Shown here piece after piece: positions 13,930-27,233 of a DNA stretch of 64,000 bases (within the stretch, counting starts at the first letter, position 1; each line of letters starts with the position of its first letter). The stretch is from Octopus sinensis (taxonomy: Eukaryota): assembly GCF_006345805.1 (NCBI RefSeq), contig NC_042999.1, forward strand, positions 102,610,001 through 102,674,000, written 5' to 3'. The position numbers and the translations under genes were made by a program. The notes beneath the pieces were generated by a model. That model was not told the origin of the DNA, did no database searches, and was given only the letters and a program-made list of their open reading frames with translations.

Positions 13930-14389
13930 GGTCAATGCAGTGAGCTGGCAGAATCATTAGCATGCTGGGAGAAATGTTTAGCGGTATTTCGTCTTCTGTT
14001 ATGCTCTGAGTTCAAATTTCGCCGAGGTCAACTTCACCTTTCATCCTTTTGGGGTTGATAAGTTAGGAACCAGTGAAACAGTGGGGTCAATGTAATCAAC
14101 TAGTCCCCTCCCACCAAATTTGAGGCCTTGTGCCTTCAGTAGAAAGGAATATTTTTGACTGGGTCAAGGCAGTGAGCTGGCAGAACTGTTAGCATGCTTG
14201 GCAAAATGCTTAGCAGCATTTCATTTGTCTTTATGTTCTGAGTTCAAATTCTGTCGAGGTCGACTTCGACTTTCATCCTTCCAGGGTTGATAAAATAAGT
14301 ACCAATTAAACACTGGGGTTGATGTAATCGACTTATCTCCTCCTACCACCACCCCTGAACTTGCTGGCCTTGTGCCAAAATTTAAAATC
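13930..14389 (+). mobile_element. Two tandem family-A SINEs of different subfamilies
   Basis: Two full SINE bodies with different 3' tails, bounded and separated by three copies of aatatttttgactg. Confidence 0.8.
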
Positions 14390-14453
14390 AATATTTTTGA
14401 CTGAACCAGAAAATTGCTTTTGCAGTATTTTGCCCTCTCTCTCTACGTTCAGA

Positions 14454-14780
14454 GTTACTTACTAGTACTTGTACTTACTAGTACTTGTGATGGCATTCAC
14501 CCAGGGTGGGTTGAGCCGGCTTCTTCTCTGGTCCTGACGGCATCACGAACCATGGCAGCCCATGCTCAACGGTTCTGTGCAAGGTCGCTGGAGATAGCGA
14601 GTCATTTGCAGTTCCATCTGTGCAGACCAACCACCTGCAGACTTGAGAGTTCGGAGAGGTCCTCCTTTATCGTCGTCAGCTGCCCGCCCGTGTGTTTGTG
14701 CCAGTTGGGAAGTGGAGATGGGAGGAGGACATCGTGAATCATCTCACTTTCTGGACGCCAGGCCACATGACCGAACTACC
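14454..14780 (-). mobile_element. 3' end of an RTE-clade LINE
   Basis: Minus-strand translation gives FGHVA.RPESEMIHDVLLPSPLPNW..DLAQNR.AWAAMVRDA, an RTE ORF C-terminus, followed by a caagtactagtaagta repeat tail. Confidence 0.75.
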
Positions 14781-15202
14781 AGTAAAGTATTGGGGGTTGA
14801 GGGTATCAGCTAATCCTTTCCATCAAAATTTTTGACCTTGTGCCAAAATCCGACTGAGGCAAGATGTAACTATGTTAATGAGATGTGCATATATGAAATT
14901 TAGTTATACATGTGTGTTTTGTAAATAACATATGTGTCTTGCAATGAGGTGGCATATGGCTGAACTGTATGACATATCTCTGAATCTCTCTCTCACTTTC
15001 TCTCTCTCTTTCTCTCTTCTCTTTCTCCATATCTTTCTATATCTTTCTGTGTGCAAAACAAATGAAAACAATAGATACACACTATATATACACAGACAAA
15101 GATATGAAAACATACTTATATATACACAAACACATACAATTAGATACACACACACATATATTCATACACATGCATATGTACATACATACATGCATGCATG
15201 CA

Positions 15203-15237
<35 letters not shown>

Positions 15238-16124
15238 GTTCATACATACATACACATACATGCACATGCACAAGTACAACATATTAGGTGATAGTGAATC
15301 CCTTAAAACAAAGAGAACTTATGTCAATAATAGACAAACTGACTTAGATAAACAAGATGAAGAGACAAGGTTTTCAGTGTTGGTATTATGATGATGATGA
15401 TGACGATTATGGTGATGCTATTGCTGCTGTTGCTGCTGTTAGCATTGCCAGTGTTGCTGCCAATCATTCACACCACTACCACCATCATCATCATTGACAT
15501 CATGTATACATTTGCCTCTACATATCTTTGCATAGAAACCACTTGGGTATTAGTGACCTTGTTTTTGATTTGTATAAAGAAAAAGTCTGAAGACCCAAGT
15601 GGTTCAATCTTCAAAGATGTAGAAATAAGTACTTTACTCAAAAACAAGTAAGGGTTTGCATTAAGAAAGGCATAGCTTTACGGTGAAGAAGTTTGCTTAG
15701 GTCTTAGGTTCAGTTCTACTGTACAGCATCATGGGAAAGTGTCTAATGGTCAGAAAGTTCTACTATTTTTCTTTCTAGCGAATTCATATAAATGCAATAC
15801 ACTGCCTTTTTTTGGTGAGAGGCAAGACTTTTCAATTAAGTTAAAACATTATGATGTTCTTTTCTTTCAGAACAATTTAAAGAAAAAGGAATAAATAAAT
15901 AAATAGGATCTTTTTTTAAACTTCAAGATAATGATAATCTAAACTTCTGAGAAACAACATTAAAGATTCGTTAATAAGAAAGTTATGAATAAAGAATTCA
16001 GGAAGGATTGACACTAAACACTAATTTTGATATCTGTAAATATATGGCACTGACTGATTTACCAAATATGTAAAAAGCATTATTTACATTCAACAGATAT
16101 TTGTCCTCATCTTGTTTGTTGTTA

Positions 16125-16168
16125 ACACAGTGTTTCGGCTGATATACCCTCCAGCCTTCTTCAGGTGT
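16125..16168 (-). ncRNA. Minimal type I hammerhead ribozyme motif, stem III mutated
   Basis: Minus strand reads ACAC-CUGAAGA-A-GGCUG(gaggguauau)CAGCC-GAA-ACACU-GUGU. Stems I and II pair perfectly, but the stem III/cleavage site reads ACAC-U rather than ACGU-U. Confidence 0.65.
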
Positions 16169-16646
16169 CTTGGGGAAATTTCAAACCTGGGTTCTCATTC
16201 CTAATTGCAAAAATTGATGAACAGGGGAAAAGCACTGCAAAACAAAGATGCACCACATAGCAGTACAACTCCACTCGATGACGTTGGTCAGCAGACTGAT
16301 GCTTGAGGGTTGCAGAAGCCTAAACAACAATGGGCTTGTCCCTTAGAGAATGTTTCTGGTTACTTTTGGGTACCTCCTTGAAACGATGATGATGATGATG
16401 ATGATATATATATATGTTCTGTTACTTGTTTCACTCATTTAACTGTGGCCATGCTGTAACACCAGCTTAAAGGGTTGTAATCGAAGAAATCGACTCCAGA
16501 ATTTGTTTGTAAACCTAGTACTTTATTTGTCTCTTTTGCCAAACCATTATGTTACGGAGACATAAACACATCAGCATTGGTTTCAAGCAATGGTGGGGGA
16601 GACAAACACAGTCACACAAAGACGCAAGCATACATAGATATATACA

Positions 16647-16680
<34 letters not shown>

Positions 16681-16685
<5 letters not shown>

Positions 16686-16959
16686 GGGTTTTTTTCAATG
16701 GCGGCCCATTTTCGCGGGGTTCCACTATTTCCCTTCTCTCTCTCCCTCTTTTACGTTGTCTGCCATCCCTCCTCTTCCTTTGCTAAGAGCATTTTTAAGC
16801 CAGCCCGTCATATTCCCGTGTCAGGCCGAAGAACGAAATGTTCCCAAGATAAGAGAGTCTTTCTAATCTAATGTTGTGGTTGAGCTGTTTATTATTTATT
16901 ATTATTACTATTATTATTAGTATTAGTATTGTCCCTTTGATCCTCGGTCGAAAATTTGC

Positions 16960-17001
<42 letters not shown>

Positions 17002-17431
17002 TATTACTATTTTCAACTTCGCCTTGTATTGCATATTATTTCTCCATACAGGGGTTTTTTCAATGGCGGCCCATTTTCGCGGGGTTCCACTATTTCCCTT
17101 CTCTCTCTCCCTCTTTTACGTTGTCTGCCATCCCCCCTCTTCCTTTGCTAAGAGCATTTTTAAGCCAGCCCATCATATTCCCGGTGCACCCGCCCTTGCC
17201 CACCCCCACCACCAATACCGGATATCTCTATATTTTTGCTCCATCTATACCGGATGTCGCTTCTCCCACCACCATTATAGGTGTCTACTCTTCGAACCCC
17301 CCTCTTCAATACGCTATTTCACCATGCATTACCCCTCTCTTGATATCCTACGTTCTACTTGCCTAGAACCTGTCATCATTTCTCTGAACCACCCCTCCCC
17401 ACTGGTGCTCCCCTATATTTCTCCCCCCCCC
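16681..17431. repeat. Unclassified GC-richer element with a 138-bp direct repeat
   Basis: 16681-16818 is repeated at 17047-17183 with few differences. It starts immediately after a (TA)n tract and retains its CpGs. Confidence 0.7.
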
Positions 17432-18323
17432 CACATAAAAAGCACCATCCGAACGTGGCCGATGCCAGACTCCTCTGGCACCTGTGCAGGTGGCACGTAA
17501 AAAACACCCACTACACTCGCGGAGTGGTTGGCGTTAGGAAGGGCATCCAGCTGTAGAAACACTGCCAGACTAGACTGGAGCCTGGGGCAGTCCCTAGCTC
17601 CCCAGACCCCGGTCGAAACCGTCCAACCCGTGCTAGCGCGGAAAACGGACGTTAAACGATGATGATGATGATGATGATGATATATATATTTACACACACA
17701 CACACACACACATACATGCATATATATACAATGGGCTTTTTTTAATTTACGTCTATCAACCCCACTCACAAGGCTTTGGTTAATCTGAGGCTATAGTAGA
17801 AGACACTTGTCCAACGTACCATGTAATGGGACTGAACCTAGAATCATGTGGTTGGGAAGCAAGCTTCTTACCACAAAGCTACATACATGCACAAACATAG
17901 ACACACAAGAACTGGTGAATGTGACATTGTTATTCCATCATTGCCTCTTGCCATTATACATATCTGTGTAGATCAGAACATAACTCAGTATCTGTTTTCT
18001 CTTGATAAGGACGTTTTTGAAACCTAAAATATTGCAATATAACATGAAGAGAGAATGTAGACATTTTGTCGTTGTTTTGCTTTTACATGCTTTTGTTTCC
18101 AACACACATTGTTATGGTTTTCTAAAACATTCATAAATCTATTTCACAATGTGTTATATAAACTGTACCACTTTATTATGTATGTGTGTATGCGTGTGTT
18201 TATGTGCTTATAAATTAATGTATGTGTTCATGTATGTATGTGCATACATGAATATATATTTCATTTATAATTACCAAACATATTTATATACATATACACA
18301 TGTGTATATGAATGTATACTTAT

Positions 18324-18417
<94 letters not shown>

Positions 18418-18610
18418 CACATGTATATATACATATAATTCATTTATAAGGATTCATTAAATTATGCCTGAATCTTTTACTGTCACATGGAACAAAATTA
18501 TTCTGACACAGCTGTCACTAATTTAGACTCTATTTGTATGGATATGCCTACACACGCGCGCACCCCCCCCACACCCCACACACACACATATATATAAGCA
18601 TATACATATT

Positions 18611-19064
18611 TATGAGGTGGTATGTAATGGTTCCCAAACTAGTTATGTTTAATAAAAAATAAGTTATTAACCTGAGTTTTAAAAACCATCTCCTTCAAAA
18701 TAGTCACCTTCTGCAGCAATACATTGATTGGTCCCAGTGTTCTTGCCTCTTTTGGAATCTGACCTGAAGTTTTTCATAAGTGAGTCAAGGACCTTCTGTG
18801 ATTTGCTCTGGATCTCAACAAGTGTTAAAACACTAACCTTTGAGCTGCATTTTCATCTTGGGGAAGAGATGGAAGCCTGCCGGTGCTAAAACTGGTAAAT
18901 AGGGCAGGTGTGGAAGTGATACAATATTGGTTTTGTTTAGAAACTTACAGGTGAGGGGAACTCGGTGACAGGGTGCCTTGTTGTGAAGAATCCAATTCTT
19001 TGCATTCCACAGATCCGGTTCCTTTCTCCAAACGTCCTCCCTGAAATACTTCAAAACTTCACAG
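18611..19064 (-). mobile_element. Mariner transposase C-terminal remnant with 3' TIR
   Basis: ORF 18833-19090(-) has WILHNKAPCH..LPHLPYLPVLAPAGFHLFPKMKMQLKG, a degenerate HHDNAPxH/YSPDLAPxD(F) region. Confidence 0.85.
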
Positions 19065-19254
19065 TAGTGCCAGTGGCACGTAAAAGGCACCTACTACAGT
19101 TGGAGTGGTTGGTGTTAGGAAGGGCATCCAGCTGTAGAAACTCTGCCAGATCATATTGGAGCCTGGTGCAGCCTTCTGGCTTGCCAGCCCTCAGTTGAAC
19201 TGTCCAACCCATGCCAGCATGGAAAGCGGAGGTTAAATTATGACGATGATGAAG

Positions 19255-20180
19255 ATTAAATCAAATTTCAACTGTGCCTCAGAAAATCTAATCCATGCCA
19301 TGACATGCTTAGGGTGTGGTAATCATTATATTGGCCAAACAGGAATATCACTCCATTGAAGAACCACTCTCTACAAAGAGCAAATCCGCCACCCACAGTA
19401 CAGACAGATACAGGTCAGTGAACACATAGACAGGTGTGCTGCAACCTTAATCCTAATTTCCTAATTTTTCCCTTCTATCAATGTTCACAGAACACCTCAG
19501 TACAACAAAGAATGAATAAAGAGGCAACTTTCATCAATAAATATGTACCACAACTCAATATAAATACATAACTTAATACAGAACATGACTAACCTTTCAA
19601 TTATTACCACCCATACATCCCATACACCATTCACATTACAGAATTATATCTACCCTAATTGCACCAAACCCAGAACTACTTACCTCCCTTACATATAGTC
19701 TTTTTACTCAGGGACTAGTAGACCCGACACCGTTCAGTAATCGGAGTACATTCAAAGCAGTGATCAGTAATTTTACAAAACCGGTGTGCTTTTGAATCTG
19801 TCTAACAATTCACAATAATGACTGTTATTACTTTAATTCCTACCTCAGTTCATCTAATTGTATATATGTATCGTTACTTTGCATAAAAAGGCTTTACTTT
19901 TTTTGATTTCCAATGTGCATTTTCACTTATTTTTTCTTCTTACTTTCCCCTTACATTTCCATGTGTAGTTTCTATTTTCTTTTTGTAACATATTTCTATG
20001 ATATATATATATATATCTTTCCTTTTCCTATGTTTCTGATGAAGAGCTCCGCTCGAAACGTTAAACCCTCCTTCTTCCCTTCTTTCCTGAGCGTCCAATA
20101 ATACTTTATTTGTTCCACGTCCTTGCGTTGTTGTGTTTTTTTTGTTTTTTTGTTTTCTTGTTTGGATTAACTTTATATAT
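19255..20180 (+). mobile_element. 3' portion of a Penelope-like retroelement (GIY-YIG endonuclease remnant plus 3' UTR)
   Basis: 19255-19571 translates (one stop, one frameshift) to IKSNFNCASENLIHAMTCLGCGNHYIGQTG..VSEHI..KEATFINKYVPQLN. A hammerhead motif lies downstream. Confidence 0.85.
20032..20066 (+). ncRNA. Minimal type I hammerhead ribozyme, intact core
   Basis: GUUU-CUGAUGA-A-GAGC(ucc)GCUC-GAA-ACGU-U-AAAC: stem I 4 bp, stem II 4 bp, loopless palindromic stem III (ACGU). It lies in the Penelope 3' UTR. Confidence 0.8.
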
Positions 20181-20185
20181 ATATA

Positions 20186-20695
20186 CTAGCAGTATGGCCC
20201 GGCGTTGCCCGGGTTTGTAAGGGAAATAACTATATAAGCATTTTTAGAGAGTTACTTCCCTTATAGATGCCAATTCGGGCTTTCTTAGCCATTTCTGTTT
20301 TGGTGTCTTCAAGCCATGAAGTCGTTGTTCTAAAAGAACGCTGGTCTCCTTGACAACGCTTTACGACGTTGATTTCCTTACACTCCCTTCCCCACAGCTT
20401 CACGAGGGAGGAAGAAGTGGGAGAAGCAAACAGGTGCAGGTGTGACTGTGGATGCCAACTCCGCCGCCATCGACACACGAAAAATTATGCATTAAAATGG
20501 AATAAAAAATTATGTTAAATTATTTTAAAAATCGTAGACTCATCGTAGATGCGCACTAATACTCAGACGGGCTCGATATGAATCACGACTATAAGATACC
20601 CGAATTTGGTTAAACTGCACCGCAAAATGTGGGAGTAGTTAGGAATCTAAATTGAAGGGGACAGACACTCACACAACTACAGTTTTATATATATA
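20186..20695 (-). mobile_element. Non-autonomous Helitron
   Basis: The minus-strand 3' end has the hairpin CCCGG-GCAACG-CCGGG followed by CTAG|T. The 5' region is shared with the copy at 1-60. Confidence 0.75.
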
Positions 20696-22577
20696 TATAT
20701 ATTATATATATATATACATACATGCATAAACACATATACCCATGCACACACTTATGGTACCATTGACATGGCACCGACACAGTTGCTTCATATGTGGCAC
20801 CAGCATGGATGCTTTATACATGGGCACCAACACAGCAGCTTTATATATGGTCGCAACACAAGTGCTTTTATGAGGTACTGGCACAGGAGCTTTTTACAAG
20901 TTTCTGAATGGGTGCTTTTCTACATGGGACTAGCACAGGTGCTTCTTACATGGCACTGGCATGGGTGCTCCCCACACAACACTGGCATTGTTGCTCTTTA
21001 TGTGACACCAGTACCCATGAGCTTGCAAGACAATAACCTTTCCACTAACAGAAAGCGGTGCCTCACAATGGCAATGACAAGGAATACCAACAAACAGTAA
21101 CAAATGGCAAAATGCCTTACTGGTGTAGACACATCTGATCCATGGAATGATGGAAAAAATAACATTAAAGACAATGATGTGTTGCAGTTTCTACTGCTAA
21201 TGATGAGGATGTTGATGGTGGTCTGTCTGTCTCTGTCTCTTTTTTTGTCTTATCTTCCTCACTACTTCCCTTTTTGCTTATAGTCCTCTGTCATTATTCT
21301 TACTTTCTTTCTTTCTTTCTCAACATTTCTTTCTACACCTGTATCTTTTATCTTTTAGCTTTCACTTGTTTCAGTTTTGGGAATAAAATTATATAGTTGA
21401 CTTCATAAGAATTTATAAACTTCACGAGAACTGGAAATAATTTATTTTTGGTATGTTGGACCCTGAAGCAGATAAGTTATATATAATAGCATGTGAATAT
21501 TAGGTTTAAAAAACTCCATTTGGATAGAAAAAGTCAAAGGCTGCTCATAGCCTTCAACTTTTACTATCCAAAGTGTTTCCAACCCAATATTTATATGCTA
21601 TATGTTATCTGTTTCAGGATCCAACATTCCAAAAAATGGAATATGATAAAGATTTATCTCTGTGTTTGAAAAGAGATATATAGTTGTACTACCAGCATTT
21701 TATTTCTTTATCTTTATCTTTGTTTTGATATGATTTGCATTGGATTTCCTTTTGCAAATACATTTTTTGTTGGACACATTTGTATTTTATAGTAAAGCAT
21801 TTTCACTTAGCGATCTCAAAGTGCTGAGCTTTATGAAGGAGATGGCAAAGGACTGAGATATGTGGCACATTGCTTTACTTAAGAAGACCCACCTACTATA
21901 ACAGAATTTAAAATCCTAAAACCAAGATGCCATATAAAAAGCATTGGTGTTGGTGCTGGTGCCAATAAAAAAACACTGGTGATGGTGCCATGTAAAAAGC
22001 ACCAAGAACACTATGTAAAGTGATTGACATTAGGAAAGGCATCCAGTTGTAAAAACCAAGCCAGAACAGACAATGGAACCTAGTGCGACCCCTGGCCTTG
22101 CCAGTTCCTGTCAAGCTATTCAACCTCTGCCAGCATAGAAAATGAACATTAAATGCTGGTGATGATGTTGATGAGGTGAATGAAAAGGCTTGAGTGAATG
22201 AAGCATTGAAATTTCCAATTCATGAGCAGTGTGTTCATATTTATTATGGGCATATCAGATATAGGAAGGATAGTAAATTTGTATTTGACTTTATTCGCTT
22301 GTCATGACTGCTTTGATTTTTCTACCAACTTGGGTGGAATACTGTTGCAAGCTGTGCATAAATTATGTATGAACATTGGGGACATGCCATGCATTTTAAC
22401 CAGTACATTTTATCATTGTGTGGTTGTTATTAGTTGAAAACTAAGTTGGACAAGGATTGATCTCCAACAAAACAAGAAATTGTTCTGGCATCAGTGAAGC
22501 ACATTAGATAATTACTGAGCAATGTAGTTCAAGTCTACTTCTTTCTATAATTCTTTTTGTAATTCTTTCTTTTCCAG

Positions 22578-22683
22578 TTTCTTCATGACTGGCTACTTGC
22601 CTGTTGGATTTGAATTTGCAGTCGAGATTACATTTCCAGAACCTGAAGGAACATCATCAGGGCTAATGAATGCTTCTGCACAG
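22578..22683 (+). CDS. FLVCR: FLVCR/SLC49-family MFS transporter, internal exon: (G)[35 protein letters not shown]
   Basis: Near-identical to the recalled human FLVCR1 [36 protein letters not shown]. Polypyrimidine tract plus ccag acceptor, cag|gtaaca donor, 106 bp. Confidence 0.95.
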
Positions 22684-23697
22684 GTAACAAAGCAAGGACA
22701 CTTTTCTTGTTTCCTTAAACGTTTTACTATAGAAATCAGATATATCAACTCAAAATTTCATTACTTTTAACTGTGCAATGCAGTTTTATATATCAATCTG
22801 TCTTTTGTTGAGGAATGTCATGTTTGAATCTATTTTCTGTTGAGATATGTCAAATCTCTCGAGACACTGTGATCTGTTGAAAATACCAATTCTATTTTTT
22901 GGTTGACATTATTACTGGAACAACCATGGAATTTAATTTTGTAGTAAAAGGTTTAAGAATGCAAGTGAGAATTGTCAATCATCTCACTCAACCATCTTTA
23001 ATCTTTTACTTGTTTCAGTCAGTATTATGCATCCTGAAGCAGTTAGGTGCACAGTGAACTGCCAGGTTATGGGGATTGTAAACTAATCAATACTGGTTGC
23101 CAAGCAGTGGTAGAGTGTGGACAAAATCAAACAAAAAGGCATACACACGCACTCAAAAACACATGAAGACTCAAACACATATGCGCACATGTGCAGATAC
23201 ACACACACACACATACACATGCACACACACACATATTTATATACATACAGCAGACTTCCTCACAGTTTTTCATTTACCAAGTTTACTCACAAGGCTTTGG
23301 TTGGCCTGGAGCTATAGAAGAAGACACTTCTTTCAGTTTCCATCAGCCATATCCACCAATGTAGCTTTGATCATCCTGAAGCTATAGTAAAAGACTCTTG
23401 CCCAAGGTGCTGCATAGTGAGACTGAAACCGAAAATGCAAAGGAAGCTTCTTAACCATACAGTTATGTCTGTGCCTGTATTATAAAAAATAATTTTTACC
23501 CAGTTTATTAAACCTTAAGGCATTATAGGTGCTGGCATATCTGTGTGTTAAGAAGTTTGTTTCCCAGCCATATAGTTTCAGGGTTTATATTCTCACTGTG
23601 GGGCACCTTGGCCAAGCTTTTTCTACTATAGACACAAGCTGATCAATGCCTTATGAATGGATTTGGTTGACAGAAACTGAAAATAGCCCATCTCATA

Positions 23698-24088
23698 TTC
23701 TTTTACTTGTTTCAGTCATTTGACTGTGGCCATGCTGGAGCACCGCCTTTAGTCGAGCAAATCGACCCCGGGACTTATTCTTTGTAAGCCCAGTACTTAT
23801 TCTATCGGTCTCTTTTGCCGAACCGCTAAGTGACGGGGACGTAAACACACCAGCATCGGTTGTCAAGCAATGCTAGGGGGACAAACACGGACATACACAC
23901 ACACACACATACATATATATATATACGACAGGCTGCTTTCAGTTTCCATCTACCAAATCCACTCACAAGGCATTGGTCGGCCCGGGGCTATAGCAGAAGA
24001 CACTTGCCCAAGGTGCCACGTAGTGGGACTGAACCCGGAACCATGTGGTTGGTTAGCAAGCTACTTACCACACAGCCACTCCTGCGCC
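23698..24088 (-). mobile_element. Full-length, young tRNA-derived SINE, family C (degenerate copies at about 2990, 11520, 16420, 17720, 23020, 24930, 50600, 55910)
   Basis: Head ggcgcaggagtggctgtgtggtaag..ccgggttcagtccc, internal (CA)/(TA) tract and tail gactgaaacaagtaaaaga. CpGs are intact. Confidence 0.85.
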
Positions 24089-24216
24089 TATATATATATT
24101 TATATATATATATAATTGAAAAAAAAAACAGATGCCCAAGTGCAAGCCTGGAAATATGTGTAATACTACTACTGGATAGCACAGGGTGAAATCTGAAGGT
24201 GGAGAATATACCATAA

Positions 24217-24251
<35 letters not shown>

Positions 24252-25122
24252 GTTCAAGTTTACAGAAAACAAAAGATGAAGACAGGTATATATATATATG
24301 TATGTATGTATGTATGTATGCATGCATGCATGCATGCATGTATGTATGTATGAGGTTTGTAGGTGTGAGTGTGTGTATGTTTGTATGTTTGTGTCTCACT
24401 CTCTTGACATTGTATAATTGTTGTAAACAAATATTCATTCCTGATATTCTGTGAAAACATATCTGGCTATAGGGAAGTATTCCTTTGCTTGGAAATAGAT
24501 TAGGGTTGGCAACAAGAAGGAAATCTGGCTGTAGAAAACCTGCCTCAGTAATTTTGTGTATTTCACATTCAAATACTGGCTAAAACCTACTTGGGTGGTT
24601 AAACTTAATCTGTTGCCCATTTTAACATTACCACCTAAAACTCTGGGTGCATTTAGCCAACTCCACATTGTTGCAAGCATTCAGGACAAGTCTCTAGGTT
24701 GAGGAAACCTTCTTCCCTCCATCTTGCCAATCTCAGAAGCCTTGCAAAGGGTTATGGGCACTACTTTCACTTTTATCTAAAAGATAAAAGAAAAAATTCC
24801 TCCACCCTTCTTTATTCTCACAGTTATGCTTTTGTTACAACTACCTTCAGCTGCTATACATGCAGTATGCCACCATCAATCTAAGTAGTTGGTGGATTTA
24901 ATTTTCTGATTTTTTTCTCCCAATTGTCATCTTTTACTTGTTTCAGTCATTGAACTATGACCATGCTGGGGCTCCACCTTGAATGTTTTAGATGAATGAA
25001 TCTTGTTTTTAAAGTCTGGTACTTATTCCATTAGCATCGTTGGCTGAACCACTAAGTTACAAGGATGCAAACAAACCAACATTGGTTGTCATGCAGTGAT
25101 GGGATACAAAGACAAACACACA

Positions 25123-25167
<45 letters not shown>

Positions 25168-26019
25168 GACAGACTTCTTTCGGTTTCTGTCTACAAAATC
25201 TCACAAGGTTTGGTTGACCCATGGTTACATAAGATGAAGCAGACACTTGCCCAAAGTACTACATAGTGGGACTGAACCTGAAACCATATGGATGGGGAGC
25301 AAACATCTTACCACACAGCCAATCTGCACCTATTACTGTATATCTATCACCTCTGAAATGGATGTACAAAATGTACAAACAAATAGCATTGTATCTATTG
25401 TATTCTGAATACACACCCATCTTTATAAACTACAAACCATTCTTGATTAACAATAGACCTATTTGAATAGCATAATCAATGGTCAGAGAAATGCAGAAAT
25501 ATCATAAAAACTGACAACCAAACCTGGCATTTTATCTAAGTGAACTTACATAATCATTGTCTAAAAAAAACACATAGTCTAAAAGTGACAATGCATTCTA
25601 GTGAATAGGAGGAATAAAAACTGTTGCTTAGTTTAAATGCTTCTGTATTCAACAATATGAGTATAAAGTAAATTCATGATATGTACTTTATTCCAGTAAC
25701 AAATATATATTTTTTTAAACCGAAAGAAACTGAAAGTTGTTTTAGCTTAATGAACTCTAGCAGAGAAAAAATTGTAATCTGGTGAGATAAAACTGAAGAA
25801 ACATTTGAAAAACAAATGTGGGATGTAAACTAAGAAGGAGTGCAAGTATGACCATGTGGTTAAGAAGTTTGCTTTACAACCATGTGACTTCAGATTCCAT
25901 TCTGCCACTACATGGCAAGTTGGGCAAGTAGTTTCTACAAGAACTGAGGCCAGCCAATGACTTGTTGAGTTAAACTGATTGCCAGGAACTGTTTGGAAGC
26001 CTGTCGTATAGATAGATAA

Positions 26020-26066
<47 letters not shown>

Positions 26067-27233
26067 CATACATACATACATACATACATACATACATACA
26101 TACATTCATGAATATAAAAAATAAGTTACAAATGAAAAGCATCTATTAAATACAAAGCAAAATGAAATGAAATATAATGAGTGTGACATAATTTTACTTT
26201 CATAGATTCCTTTAAAAAATATATAAATAAAAAAGAAACAGTTCTGCTACTTGGTGACCCTGCTGAAGTTGGTGCCATGCAAAAAACACCCAGAACATTT
26301 TGTAAAGTGACTGGCATTAGGAAGGGTAATCAAGCTGTAGAAAGCATGCTAAAGTGGACAATGGAACTTGGTACAGTCCTCTGGCTTGCCAACTCTTGTC
26401 AAACTGTCCAAGCCATACCGGTATGGAAACTGAATGATAAATGATGATGATGATGATGATGATGATGGTGATAAATTTCAGAAGTATTCAAGTTCAAGAA
26501 ACTATGAGGTTAAAAAAAATAATTATACAAATATTCATAAACATAAAATTTATAATTAATGATTTGTCTGTAAATATTTGGACAACACAATTAATTTTTG
26601 GTTGATGTCACTGTTTAATAAGGGTGACAGTCTAATGATGAAAAATACTACATAATCATAAATGTATTCATAAAATTTTATTAATTAAATGGTTGATACT
26701 GACAATATTATATATTAATATTTTAATGATAATAATAATAATAATTATCAAATACTATAGCTTTTCTCCTGAGCCTGTCTAGCTATGTGGTGTGCTCAAT
26801 GTCCATTTTGCACACCCATTATGTCCACCCATCCTCTCCCCACCACTATTTTAATTCATACTTTAACATTTTCACTTGGTGACTCATATGCTTCCTGTAC
26901 TGTGTGTATGAATACATATTTTGATTATACCCTTATACCTTTATACAGGTGCCTTGATGAGTGTTGTATACAGTTAAAGGTACCTCATATATGAATATTT
27001 AGACATATAATACTTAAACTGCCCTATGCAACCACCCTATTCTCATACCCATGTGTTGGCTCTTGCTCTAGATGTTGGATGAAGTGGGGGAAAACTGTGA
27101 TTCATTGTAATTCACTGAATAAACTCTGTACCAAAGCTCTATACTAGCTGGCAAGCATTTTCGCAGATCTTCATTTCAGATGATGACAAAATTTCCACAA
27201 CTACTTTGCCACCACCACTCCCAAACACTCAAT

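Noticed and set aside
16871-17500. 209-aa + strand ORF
   Set aside because: It runs through an (ATT)n tract and a repeat into a SINE, and has no recognisable domain.
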